Assembly: GCA_030141605.1 (NCBI GenBank)
Contig: JAQGDQ010000045.1
Location: 186,001 to 250,000, forward strand
Source of the DNA: Tubiluchus corallicola
Lineage: Eukaryota; Animalia; Priapulida
DNA: 64,000 nt
Reading direction: 5' to 3'
This document shows positions 39,801 through 52,600 of this stretch, piece by piece. Made by a program: the position numbers and the translations under genes. The first letter of the stretch is position 1, and each line of letters begins with the position of its first letter. The notes under the pieces were generated by a model. The model ran no database searches. It was not told the origin of the DNA and saw only the letters and a program-made list of their open reading frames with translations.

Positions 39801-40286
39801 GCCATAAGCTTTTTACCGTAACCACAAACAAGTTGATGTTAAGAGAAATGTTTTTTATGTGAATATATAGTAATTTAGTATCACATTACAATGAGTTAGC
39901 ACGACTAATAAAAATATTTGCCTATATAAGTCTAGATGACAGTAATTATGTTATAATTTAGCCTGTAGCTGTTTGCAAATAAGTTTATTATTATACTATA
40001 ACGAGAATTTTAAACCTAACCTAATATAGAACTTTGTAAAACAATCATCATATACTCATTCATATAACAATGAGCTACATAAATTTGTAAAACAAAAATT
40101 CTTAAAAAGTGAATATTATAATATGTATCCATTTCAGTATTGGTACAATAAACAATTAAAAGGTTTATGAGCAATGCGAAATACAACAGAATGCAAAGAG
40201 TCTGCAAACTACTGTCAAAAGCAAAATATATTCAAAGTATTACCAAGAGGAAGAAGCTGTGATGGATTAGAAAGAGTCCCAGCCAT
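33808..40286 (-). CDS. LSM5: U6 snRNA-associated Sm-like protein LSm5, complete, 5 exons, 90 aa
   Basis: Exons 40286-40244, 36629-36534, 36255-36228, 34421-34349, 33840-33808 splice to [90 protein letters not shown]; missing from the ORF track because the exons are small. Confidence 0.96.
36256..36533 (-). other. U12-type (minor spliceosome) GT-AG intron in LSm5
   Basis: 5' splice site GTATCCTT; branch site TTCTTTAAC at 36277-36269 close to the CAG; no pyrimidine tract. Confidence 0.9.
37620..37897. repeat. Two tandem copies of a ~141-bp unit
   Basis: Read directly; produces the self-repeating ORFs at 37565 and 37617. Confidence 0.9.
38150..39400 (+). mobile_element. Decayed, internally deleted CR1/L2-like LINE reverse-transcriptase relic, antisense to LSm5
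   Basis: Frameshifted motifs [91 protein letters not shown]. Confidence 0.85.
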
Positions 40287-40534
40287 TACTTTATTCAAAT
40301 TATTTAAAACGCAAATAGTTTAAGTTTGGACAACAATATAAAACATAAACTATTTTCTCTTGTTCAGCTCGTCAAATGTCAAGTTGTTTGGTAAGCGCAT
40401 GCGTGGTGAATTGTGATTACTGTACGGTGGCGTACCCAAGCGAGACTGTACGAAAACAATAAAACTAAAGATGGCTTCGTTGAAGAAGTTGTGTGTTTTT
40501 TGTGGCTCATAGCGCTTATGGATTAGTTATCTAA
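40287..40534. promoter_or_regulatory. Bidirectional promoter region between LSm5 and Trio
   Basis: Divergent ATGs 248 bp apart; NRF1-like GCGCATGCG at 40395-40403; YY1-like AAGATGGC at 40468-40475. Confidence 0.7.
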
Positions 40535-40619
40535 ATGGATGAAAAAACAAAAATGAATCAAGCCGAGGGCGGGCAAGAGCACAATGTGGATTCGGAAATT
40601 GCTAATTTTTATAAATACA
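40535..40619 (+). CDS. TRIO: Trio/Kalirin first coding exon (MDEKTKMNQAEGGQEHNVDSEIANFYKY)
   Basis: A|gtaagt phase-1 donor matches the phase of exon 55825; DSEIANFY resembles the Kalirin/Trio first-exon D.D..AFF motif as I recall it. Confidence 0.7.
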
Positions 40620-43600
40620 GTAAGTTGTAAATAGAGTAAGCTTAATTTAAGGTAGTTGTTTCTGATCATGTTTTGTTCTGGCCAGTCAGTGAATAATGAA
40701 TGACAGTGATACTATGACACACATATGTTACACTTCATGAATTTGAGATGGCCTTCGTAATATACGTCATATACTTTTGTTTACTAGACTGCTGGTGTCA
40801 AGTTAAGCTTCAGGAATTACCACTGGGCCAATGTTGGAATTACTGCTCATCAAAATTTAGATGGAATTATTTTTTTCTTAATTTCAAGAGTGTGAGGCAA
40901 GTAAGGTATTTCGTTTGGTTGCATTGGTGTTTTATGTACTTCTGATTTCTGCAGACATGGGAAAATACTTGCGTCAAATGGTTAGCGAGAGTGCTGAAAA
41001 TGTATACTGCCTTTTTACGGCAATAACGCTGTATAAAACTTGTAAATTTAAATTCCCACTATGACCGTTAGGTGCAGCCATTTTGATGATAGGTCGTTTG
41101 AAACAAGTTTAGATAAGATAGAGTGAAGTTTGTAAAAATAATCAGAACATTCGTAGCACACGTAAAATTTAAAGTAAAATTTTAAATTACTTTGTCTTGT
41201 CAATAAGATTAAAAATACGTTTTGGGTTAGTTAATGGCAGACCCTGGAGGGTGAGCCATTGACATTTTACCAATTGGTACGAACATTTTAAATTATTATT
41301 TCTAGTTACATAAGTCTTTCCAGCGGGTAAGCGAAATGCTAAGTGATATAGGTTTGTATGAAAAAATTTTGGAACGTAATTTAACATTGCCTTGTCTTCC
41401 TCTCATTTACGTTTGTGTAGGTGACGTCATGTAATCGCGCCCTTGGAACAGTATTGCGGGAGATTTAAAATGAAAACAAACAAAAATTCCTTTTAACACG
41501 AATACGATATGTGCATAAAATTGCTGTAAAGTGATATAATTTTTCTAGGTGATTTTTCTGAAATCTACTTCAGGTACCCCTTTTCTTGTCCTTTAAAAAA
41601 TCACCTTTTTGTATACAACTCATCAAATTTGTACTTTACTAGATATTTGTGATTAGGTTGGTCAGTTGTGATTAAAAGCTTTGTTGTATTCTCTTCTTAT
41701 GAGGCTATTGATACAAAAATGACTGACGAGCCATGCAGCATGTGTACACATGCTCGAATGAGGAATTGACTGATCAGTACAGACTGGGAAGAAAAAGCAA
41801 AAGTAGATATACTGTATAAGGAAAGTGTAATGTTGTCAAATTGCTGTACAAAATTAATGTTGTATAGATTTCTCTAGGCATTGAAAAAATTGGGGACAGT
41901 CAGATTTTTTTAGCTGCCTATCCCGTTTCCAGTAGAAGAGAGATTGCTAAATTTGCACCCTACTTCAACATACAAATCAGTTGTTGTAAGTTATTACTTA
42001 TTATGAGTCTTTCTAACTGCTTGGACTTTTGATGATGACCCGATTTTCTGGCTAAGTGCATTTAGACATTGAGGCATCCTGGATGATTCTTTGTGAAACT
42101 GTGAAAGTGATAGAATATTAAGTTTCATTGGTTCGACAGCTCAACGTTTTAGTTGACCCTTACTCTCTGAATCATCTGTCTGTCTGTCAGACTTTTCACG
42201 CATTTTCTTGGATTTCTGTCAAACTTGTACAGCAGGTGGAGTCGGAGTACTGCTTGCACAGTAAAAAATTTTGTGTCCATGGTGATGATGGTTCTATAGC
42301 AGGAAAAAATGACTGGTACTGCAGAGTAAACAATAAGCATATATATTTGGTGGAGATCACATGGTAAAATAGATTGGGATCAACCCTGCGCTCACTTGCC
42401 CTGACGTTAAAGTTCAGTTTCTATCAGCAAAAATCCTCTTTTGAGTATTTCTCAGAACCTGTCGTCATTGGTTCCAAATTCCTAAACGCCTGCAGTTTAT
42501 TTCTGGTGCTGGTTTTCTGCTGTTTCTCATTGTCTTATGATAGGCATTCCTAGATGTAGAACTGTTGCTTATAAATCTATGTTTTCATCTGGCTGCTTTT
42601 CTGAGGAATTGTTCGTTCAGAAATTGTTTCTCTGAAAACTACAACCTCGCTTGATTCAAGAAGAACATCAACAGATATGCATATGTGTCACTAACAAATG
42701 AGTTGATAGTCGTATATGGATTCTGTTTTCTGGGCATGTATTCGTAGATCTTCACCATTTTAATATTGTCCCTTACCAGTTCCTATGAGTGGCCATTGGC
42801 GTTGTGTGGGGTGATTTATGTAACACTTATCAGGTGTAGAAAGCGCGTCTTGACCTTTAAGGCTTGCAGTTATACGTTTCGTTGTTATCACAGTAATTAG
42901 AAGTGTCTCGATGCATTAACTCTTCCCTTGCCCGAAGAGAACATGAAACCTCCTCTGATCATCTGGCTTTGTTCTACCTGCTAAATAATTAAATTCCTGC
43001 TTTCTTTAGACAGCAACTTTATAGGCTTTACTGTGGAGGATTAATATACAGATTTGGTCCTTGATTGTTAGGACAGACAGATAACAACCGATTACGATAG
43101 TGCAAATACTAATCTCTAATAGCTCAGCATAACCCATTAAAACAACAAGGTAGATGCCATTAGACTGATTCAGCCCCAGACACCCACAGCTAACCCACCG
43201 GTAAAAACTGGATCTAGCGGATCCGCGTGTTTGGGAAGCCGTTAGTCATTGCTAGTGAGATGTTGAAGCTGTTTCCGCAGCCACTCGGCTCTGGGATGCT
43301 ACAGTACACTACAGAAAGTGAGCCCCGTATTTGAGCTAACGTGAATCACTATAACGACGTGACCTAGTATTCCTCAGTGAAAAAACATCTGTGCAGCTGT
43401 TTGTGCAGGCACACAGAGTTTGAAGTGGTTCTTTTAACATAATTATTCATTGTATTTAGATGATATCGATGAAAAAATAAAAACTTTTGCTACTTTCATG
43501 TATTGTAAAGAGAACCAAAGTTAATGCATTTTGTAATTCTTTTACAAAATAATTTAACCCACACCCATTAAATACGAGATCAGTATGTGAATTTGTTTTG

Positions 43601-46600
43601 CTGCTTGTGGCTAATAAGAAAACTATGCCCTATTTCTCACTGAATTACAAGCTCACTTCATTTTCTATATGTATTGAAATTTTTGTTTAACTTGTACTGA
43701 CGTTTATATTCGTTCTCAAAGATATAACTTTTTATTCATGGATACAGTAGTCTAAAATTCTTGATATTGTAAGTTTGTAGCAAAAAAATTATGGAATTTT
43801 TCTTCTGTTTTGTTTGTATATATGTATTTGTAAAAATCTTACTTGTCTTTTCAAATTACATTTACTCTAGTGAGTTAAAAATTAGATAAATTATATAAGT
43901 AGCTAATATAATTGATGCCTGTCATGTCCCTATTATGACGCTAACAAACAGTCGTATAACGTATATGACGTATAATAACGTCATAATATGTGTATATAAT
44001 AACGTATAATAACATATAACGTATAATGTAAAATACGTATGAGAATTCATATATTAGCATTGTATTATCCTGTTTCGTTGCATAAATTAACGAATGCACG
44101 CGAGCTTGTAAATTTGTTTTGGAGACCCTTGAACAGGAGTTTTAAATGTTCAAATTAACTTCTGGTAATATTAATTTCGGCGTATATAACTTTTAAATGC
44201 AGCCATTTTAAAACGTGTCCATCACAGTCCATTTTAAAGCATGTTCTTCCAGTTCTCTGTCATCTTCACTGCAGTCACAAAGCAACCGTTCACGGAAATA
44301 CAAAGCTCACGTAGTCGATTTGTTAATGTTGTTTTGTTTCGTATCTGTATTGATCATAAAAAGATTTCTTTTTCAATGAATTGATCAATCAAGACGCTAG
44401 TGGCGGAGGATTCGTGACGCCTTGGGCAATTTTTCAACGTTCGTCAAAACTGCGGGTGAAAAATTGTGTATGAATCTTAGCCTATTAGGCGAAATGCATT
44501 TTAATGAACAGCTCTGCAATTGTGTTTGAATGTTTCAATGTGACTTTGTCTGTTCGTTAAGATGTGCATGGTGGGAGTTCTGTGATTGAGTATGAAGCAG
44601 CGTGTTATTGCAGACTTTGCCGCCATTTTCACGTAGTTATTAATTAATGATTAACTTGTCCACTAATCTGTCCAAGTGCATTCATTGCATTGGTAAAGTA
44701 GTTATCTAAAGTCTTGTATTATTAATGAAGGTGACTTTATAGTTCTAGTTTTTATAAGTAGAATCATTAATTTCCTAATCTTGTTATAATAGTAGCAGAT
44801 ATCAAAGGACTGGAATATTAATTGAGATTTAAATTGCGGGTGAATGGGGTTGTTAGACACATGACCTGTTAAGCATGTATTATTTCTTAGATACAGGCTA
44901 AATGTGAATGGTGAGTCCCTCATATAAGTTTGCAATATGTAGGTTCCTAACAGCATGTTTTTGCTATATGGTGGCAGTTTTCTACATAACAATAGGGGTA
45001 ACAGTTGCGACACTAGCCCATAGTTCAAAGGAGAGGCTTGAACTTGTTATTAGGCAACCGTTTGCTTGAAAGTTTGTTGTGCTTTGAGAGTACATGAAAT
45101 TGAGGTTCTTCCTTATTTATTTAATATTCTAGTGTTCTGTGCTATATGTCCTTCTAATGTATGACTAAATAAATAAATAAAAAGAATAGATTATGTTACA
45201 GAATGGTACGGTTTGTGGGCAATTAACATTTTCTCTGTCGTACCTGTACTCTGGTTTTTTAAACTATTAATCTGGAAAAAGAAGGTGTTAACTAAATTAT
45301 TAGTGAGTAGTAGTCAACTTAGCTTTTTTGTAAAATTGAATCTAATTAAGGCATTAAATACAAACCGAAACAGGCAAATTGTAGAACTTTGACTAACACA
45401 GCACAAGCAATCTACAAATGACTTATTGTACAGCCAGTCTGAAACGTTTGAAGTCACCGAGCATTAGTCGTTTGAAATACTTCCACGCCTAATACAACCA
45501 CAAATGCTTTGCAGGGAGATTTGTATTACTATCCTATAAGGACTTACTAGTTACTAGTGGAACAAATTGGAATCTTTACTACCACTAGGAGAGGAAAAAA
45601 AGAAGAAAGAACGATTTACAAAACTACTTCCCGTGGTTTTTTTTTGGTAAAGCTGCTAACTTTCTATTGAATCAACTAGATCAGTTACATATTTAACACT
45701 TTATCAATTACCACAGGGTAGATATGCCAAGTTATATATGTTACTCTAACCAGTACATGTACATAGCACGAAGTATTGTTTTCTACAGCCGTCTAATAAT
45801 AGTGCTGTTGAAAATGTATAATCAAATAAACCATTTCTGTGAATGGCTGTGGTTAATTCCCTCTTTAATCGCTGTGATTCACCAAATAACGACCATGAAG
45901 CCGGGCAGTCATGGAAACACGTGTGTATCAATTCATTAATTATTCACACTTAATATCCACATTGGCTGTTTATTTGCATATGCTAGCCTGTGTCACAGTA
46001 AATGTGTTCATAATCCTGCTTCCAAGTAACGAAACTGTATCCCTGAGAATTAAAACAGCCGTGAAGGTTTGGCGTTCTGTATAGATTTACAAATAAATAG
46101 GTTAATAACTGGGAAAAGGTAGATAATAATAAACAAACATCTAGACATCAAATTACAGTCAGAATGTCACGATTACAATTAGGCCTCGATTGCAACGCTG
46201 CAATTACAATTACGATAAGAAAGTAACGATTACAAATTACAATTACGTTTACACGTATAGGCAACATTACGATTACAATGACATTTAAACCCAAGGAAAG
46301 GTCTGTGCCTTGACAATTCTTGATACTGTCATTCGTTTATCTGGTATAGGCACTTAAGTGAATTGTGTGATATATGACCTAATTTTCACGATTTCTGTGA
46401 AGAATAAAACTAAAGCAGTTGAAAACCATTTCATTAGAATAAATTTAATAAAGGACAGGGTTATTCTTTATAAATCGATTTCAGATAACGATTACATCGA
46501 TTACTAGACTATATATTACAATTACCATTCCTTCGTTTTTTTATAAAAACGATTACGTTTGTGATTACAATAGCAGCAAAATTTGTAATTGATTATTTTT

Positions 46601-49600
46601 TTGTAATCAATTGTAAACGTAATCGGCCTCAGGCCTGCATACAATTCGAGTTTTTTTTTGTCATGTAGGACAGTAGAATTGTGTATTTTTTAATTTTAAT
46701 TAGCTTTAATAATCTTGCCCAGTTATATTCGTTATTAATGTGGGTAAGCATGTATTAATGTACAATTAACTGCGAGTAGCAGTTTCAAATCACACTACAT
46801 GTAGAAAATTAAATATGGTTAGTTTTTTTCTGGATTTTTGTTGTCCCCGTGGTTGTTCCCAAATATTTTTGGTGTCGGTGTGCGTGCAGGCAATTGCTAT
46901 TACTACATTACTATTGTTTCCCGTGTTAGACACTGTGCTGTATGGGACCTGTTATTAAAGTTCCACAAGTTTGCCATTTTAGTTTTGTCTTGTGTATTAT
47001 GCTTGTACCCGAATAACAGAATAAGCGTAGAGCTATGCATTTCATTATCAGTGCCTTATTTTCACAGAGTTCTCATCACTAACGTAATCTGTCTTTGGCT
47101 TGGCTGCTGCATAATTAGCTAATTGAAACGGCCTTAGTCTACTCGACAAAACTCTGCTTTTATGGTCACTGATTCAAAGTTAACTACTGAATTACATCAT
47201 TATGCATGTGGCAGTCAAAAAGCATAGTTAGTTTTTTAATTGCTCGGTATTTAAATCACCTTTGGGTTTTTAAGTGTTGTTCAAGTTAACTGGTGATGCT
47301 TCAGATGATTATTCAGCCCTTGCTGCTGGAATTAGCATGTAATAATCTAGCCTAAAATTGGCTTCGTGTATCAGTCACTGATAGTGTAATTGAAATGGAA
47401 TTTATAAATGCCGTTATAAGCGGTTAGATATTCCCTATCAACGACTTACAAGCGTCGAATTTCCCAGTTGACAAACGCGGATAGATTACTTTGAGCTTGT
47501 GCTGCTGACTGTTGAATGAACCCACTTAACTGAACAGGCACGGCTCGCTGACCAGGAAGAAATAAGTCGAGCATCATAGATTTCTGACTTGTTTGTCTGG
47601 CAGACGTCATCAGAACAAGTGCAAATCTCCCTTTGAACTGCCGGCGCTTTCGTAACACATCGCCGCACTGCTCTTATAATTAAATATTCTCATTGGTAAT
47701 TCAGTCTTTTATTTCTTTTTCAAAAAAATTGTGGAGCCTAATTACTTATCTATAATCTTAATTTGAAGATTATTTATTAATGATGAAATTCACCTATGCT
47801 TATTCTAACTTAAAGGAACGATTACTGGAAAAGTCAGACTGAGCTTGAATTTGAACTGGGGATTTTTGGACTGTAAGTCTAACACCATTTCCAAACAGTT
47901 GTATGCAGGTATTAATTCAATTCTAATAGGTTCTGTTGAGCTGCCTTTCCTGTTTTTTCATCTTGGGATTTGATGCAGGCGAACCTACTAAATTGCTGTT
48001 TACATCTGGTGGGTTGGTTAGACTTTAAGTATTTCTAAAAAGTCAAAAGATTTAAAGATACGCAGTCTGCATAAAGAAATTATCAGCTAAGTCGGAAGCG
48101 TTTTATTAGCGCAGTGATAAAGTGTAACGTGGAATATTAATTTCTTGACGTCTGCGCCAGAATAATAGTTAGCATCGTAAGTGAATCTACAGTTTTTAAA
48201 ACCTGTCCAAAAGTCCCATTTTCGTGAAAGTACCATAATATTAAAGATTTCTTGCTATTATCTTTCTTCTGTGTAGAGCATCTACAATAAACTAATGATC
48301 TGTTTTTGCAGTTTGTCTCTATAGTGACATGAACCAAGTTTCGTGGCGAAGGTGGAGGTTTTTACACCATCAAGCCTACATGACGACCTTTATTAACAGC
48401 CGTGAGAACGCAAACAACGCTAATTGTGGCTTCATATATATATTTTCATTATTTCCACAATGGCTTGTATCGTGCCTGGCAACTACAGTTACTAGAGTGT
48501 TGAATAGATTTTGTATTATTTCTATCGACCACTGTTGCAGTATATTGAGCTCTTATGACAATAATTATTGTGGAGGCCAGAAATTTATTTAAGCACCTGC
48601 TCACTCATCTGCAGCGTAAATTTATACTTTTTACTCTTTTCACCTCTTCTGTTAAATTATGAGGTTTAGGCTTTGTCGGTTTGTTAACAGTATTCTGAAC
48701 GCTTGTTAAGTGTTAGTGCTACGTTGCTAACGAAAGTTATCGTTTATCTGCGTCTTCTTAAATTTGAAAACCCAAACGCGCTTCTTTTTTAAATTTGGCT
48801 AATTGTATTACCATGACAGCATGTTATTTTTCATGTGAAAACGTAGCACTTCTGATAGTAGTTTTTAAGTAATTTACAGTCGATTTATTTCGATAGACAG
48901 CATTACTTTACTGCCAGTCAGCAGTTTATGTCATTAAACACAAATTAGATTTAATTTTGCTTGCCTATAAATTAATGTTAGTTAACCTTTTTAATAGTAA
49001 TTGTGGTACTTAATAGTTTTGTTAATATTTTTACACTAAGACTGTTTCACGGTTTTTTAAATCACTGTTAGTTTCAAGAAATACAAACCAAACTATCAAA
49101 GTTGTAGGACTGGAATCAACACCGTACTTGTGAAATGCTTTGTGTAAAAAATTAACAGCCAACGAAAATCTAGCAAAGTACCAGGGTTATTATAATCTTA
49201 ATTTCAAATCAATATTATGATTATTGTCAAAGACGGAATGAACCTATAATCATTAAAGCTTTTATAATGCTAAATTAATACAAACAGAAAGGAACTATAA
49301 AAAGTCGGGAGCGAGCAAAAAAATTTAAACTGGCCGTTTTGGTAAGTCCATTATCTTTTTCGTTTCGGTCACTTAAAAAATTTAACACTTGTGGATTCTC
49401 TAACTCCTGTAAGAGAAATCTTCTTATTTTTGTGAAATGTTGCTCGCAGAAAAAATGTGATCATTCTTGTTCATTTGATCATTGCACATTATTTGGTCGT
49501 TAACGCATTGCTAATGCTTGAACTTTCAAATGGCTATTGAAATTGAGACTTTCTTGAGATTTCACCACTTGCTCTTCTTTTACGAAGCTGAGTTCCGCAT

Positions 49601-52600
49601 GGTTTTTTGTTAAAACCAGGAACTGTCTGTAATTCCAGCTTAATCATACACTTTCTAATCGGTCAAGTTAGTTCAGTAAATTAGTAATATAGGTGATTGT
49701 TCAAATGAATTCAGTTTACAACGTCTGAACAAACATATTTAATGCTTTGTGTGACTGCACGCGTCAAGTTCTATTTTCACTGGTTTAGTTTAGAAATTTA
49801 TGACATGGTATTGTTATTTGTTTACTTAGTGCTTCTTTCAATATTGATTTTTCGTATCAAACGAGATCGTTTTACCTAATTAGTAATAATTATCCTGTTA
49901 GTAATTTAAGTGTAAAGCTGTAAATATTGTTATAGTGTTTATATATAGCCGTTTTTGGGGGTGGTGTGTTAGGTTTTGGGCAGTTAGGATCTCTGTGATA
50001 AGTTCTTGTTGGTTATTGACTATTTAACAAGGCAGACTGAGCTACATTACATAAAATTTTTATCGCTACATTTATTTACCACATCGATTTAAGCTCCCAC
50101 TCAAATCAGTCTTCAATCTCAGTATATTTTAAAAAACACTATTTTTGTGTATACAGAGAGTATAGGGTGGATTGCCAGTCTGTCATTTAGTGACAGTGGC
50201 GGTTTTGTATTACTTGACTAAGTGTTTCAGTAGCATAGAATTGAGTCAAACAAGAATATTCTCATCATAAAGTGAGACCTTTTCTCCCACGTACTAGTAT
50301 TTCTTTGTTATAGTCTGGCAAGAAATAGATTTTTTGCGAAACTACCATGGAATTTGCATCACTTTTTGACAGGTGGCAGAAATATTTTATCTGTGTAAAA
50401 CTATTCAGTTAGCAATGTTGGTACGTTGTTTCGAATTTTGGACTTCAAATTTTGGAATTTCTAATTTATTGATTTCGTAGTGCCAGTGTCAAAAATCAAA
50501 AACGTGTCAACTTTGTCAAGAACAGCGAAGGTAGTGAAAAGGAGGAATCTGGAAAATGTTACAATATATTAGACATTAAGAGGTGTTGCAAATTGATTGA
50601 ACGTAACTTACTACATTGAAAAAATCAGTTGTAAATTAGGCATTTGTGTATACGCACCGAGAGGCAGACGGGCAAACAGACAGGCAGAGAGACAGATTTC
50701 GAAATTAAGAGTACAGCTTGCTGATACAGTATCTAAGTCACCTTATTATTCGCTTATAGCGAGTAATCTATAATGAAACCATTAATTGCATATCTGACTC
50801 ACAGCGAATAACTGGAGAGGCCGCTACTAATTGTTATCAATTACAGTCATTACTGTGGCACCGACCATCTGGCAGACAATAATAACGTTGTAAGGAACAG
50901 TTCGATTTATTCTCAGTACCGCATTATCTGATTTTGTAACGAAAGGGTGTGTTGAGAAGAACGTTCATGAGTAATGTTGAAGTTGCACTCGTGATGTGAG
51001 TAAATATATATATATATATATATATATATCTGCCTTTCACATTAAAACCTAATTCTCTTGTAAAACCTAAACTGTATAACATGCTATGGAAAAATAATTT
51101 GTTTGTAGTTTACGCAATGCCATAATTTGATGGCAATGGCAAGAATGACAACAATGATTAAGCTAATAGGAACCATGTCCATATTTTATTGAAAATGCTT
51201 CTTGCTGCCGACGATTTTGGTCCACAAGAACCATCACTGGAGCCTAGAATATTTAAACACAGAGTTAGAACAATGCTTACAGTGATTGACATTAATGGAG
51301 TGATAGTCCATTTTTTTCAAGTTTTTGTGCATAGTTCATGAACCTTGAACTCATGTTCTACAACGCATCAGTGTGCGTTATTTTACTGATTTATTCCATG
51401 ATGACAATGGATCGTCAAAACGTTGAATAAATTCAATTAAAACGCCTTTTATTCCTAAGTTATTGGCATAAAGTAATTAACTGCTTCATTAGAACACTGG
51501 TGGCGGTCGATAATGTTTAGCCCTAATGAATTTTAATCATAAACTTTAGCTGTTCAAATCGTTGTGTTTGGTTAATTTCGAGCAATATAAACTTGCCTGT
51601 TTCGCTGACAGTGAATCAAACCGACAAGCAAAAAGTTTACATGCGTGTAATTATACAACTGCTTCATGATTCAAAATTTCGAAATTAGTAAACTGGAATT
51701 GAATAATTACGGAACTGGCTGGACATCCCCCTTAAGGAATGAATTTTGGGCTCTCATGATCGCTGAGGAACACGGTAATCTAGTAGTCATCGCGTCTGTT
51801 TTGTAAACGCAAGGTCCTGTTTCAGATCCAGACTGTGTCCCACTTCCTCTTTTTTCAGTAGTTTGGTTACAAATGCAATTAATTGTGAGTTTTTACCGTC
51901 ATCAAGTATTTTTTAGTCACCATATGTAGTAAATTATTTGCAGATATTTATTACACCCGGGTTTAAGACACTTAGTTTACTGTCATTAGACTTGCTTGCG
52001 AGTTTAGGATCAATTATCATTGTTGTTCATGAAAGCTGTGTCTGGGATGAGCCAGATTTGTTATCCATATGGCTCATTTTATATTCGCTCGTTTCAGTGC
52101 TTAACATTTTCAATGCAGCCTTGCAGTGCTTCGTATACATTGAGTCATTACAGTAGCCTGCTGGTAGTAATAGAATAACTCACAGCTGTTCTCCTCTATG
52201 CCACCCAGCCATTATTGTTTTGTTTATGCGCGTGTCCCCAGCCTCATTTCAAATGCGTCTGCCTGCAACAAAATAACTACACTGCTCTGAAGCATGTAAA
52301 ACTTCAGATGGGTCCATAAGCTTTTTGTTTACTCTGTATGGTATTCAGATCTAGAGCTCACTTGAATTAATTCAGTTAATATGACTTGCGTGTTCTTTTC
52401 CCTTATAGCTGGTGAATGGAGTGGTTTTAGTTGTCGGTTTGTACCCCAAGGCATTGGATTTTGCCAGTTGACCTCATAAATAAGCCGTATGACAAAACAT
52501 TTTCCTAGGTATTTATTTATCCTTAACATCAATGTTTTCTCTATGGAAATTGTCATTTTCATGGTTGGGACAACAAACTCTGGCGGCTTTGCGGCCATAA

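Noticed and set aside
45046-45058. X-box-like GTTATTAGGCAAC in Trio intron 1
   Set aside because: Weaker match with no adjacent exon or ciliary gene start
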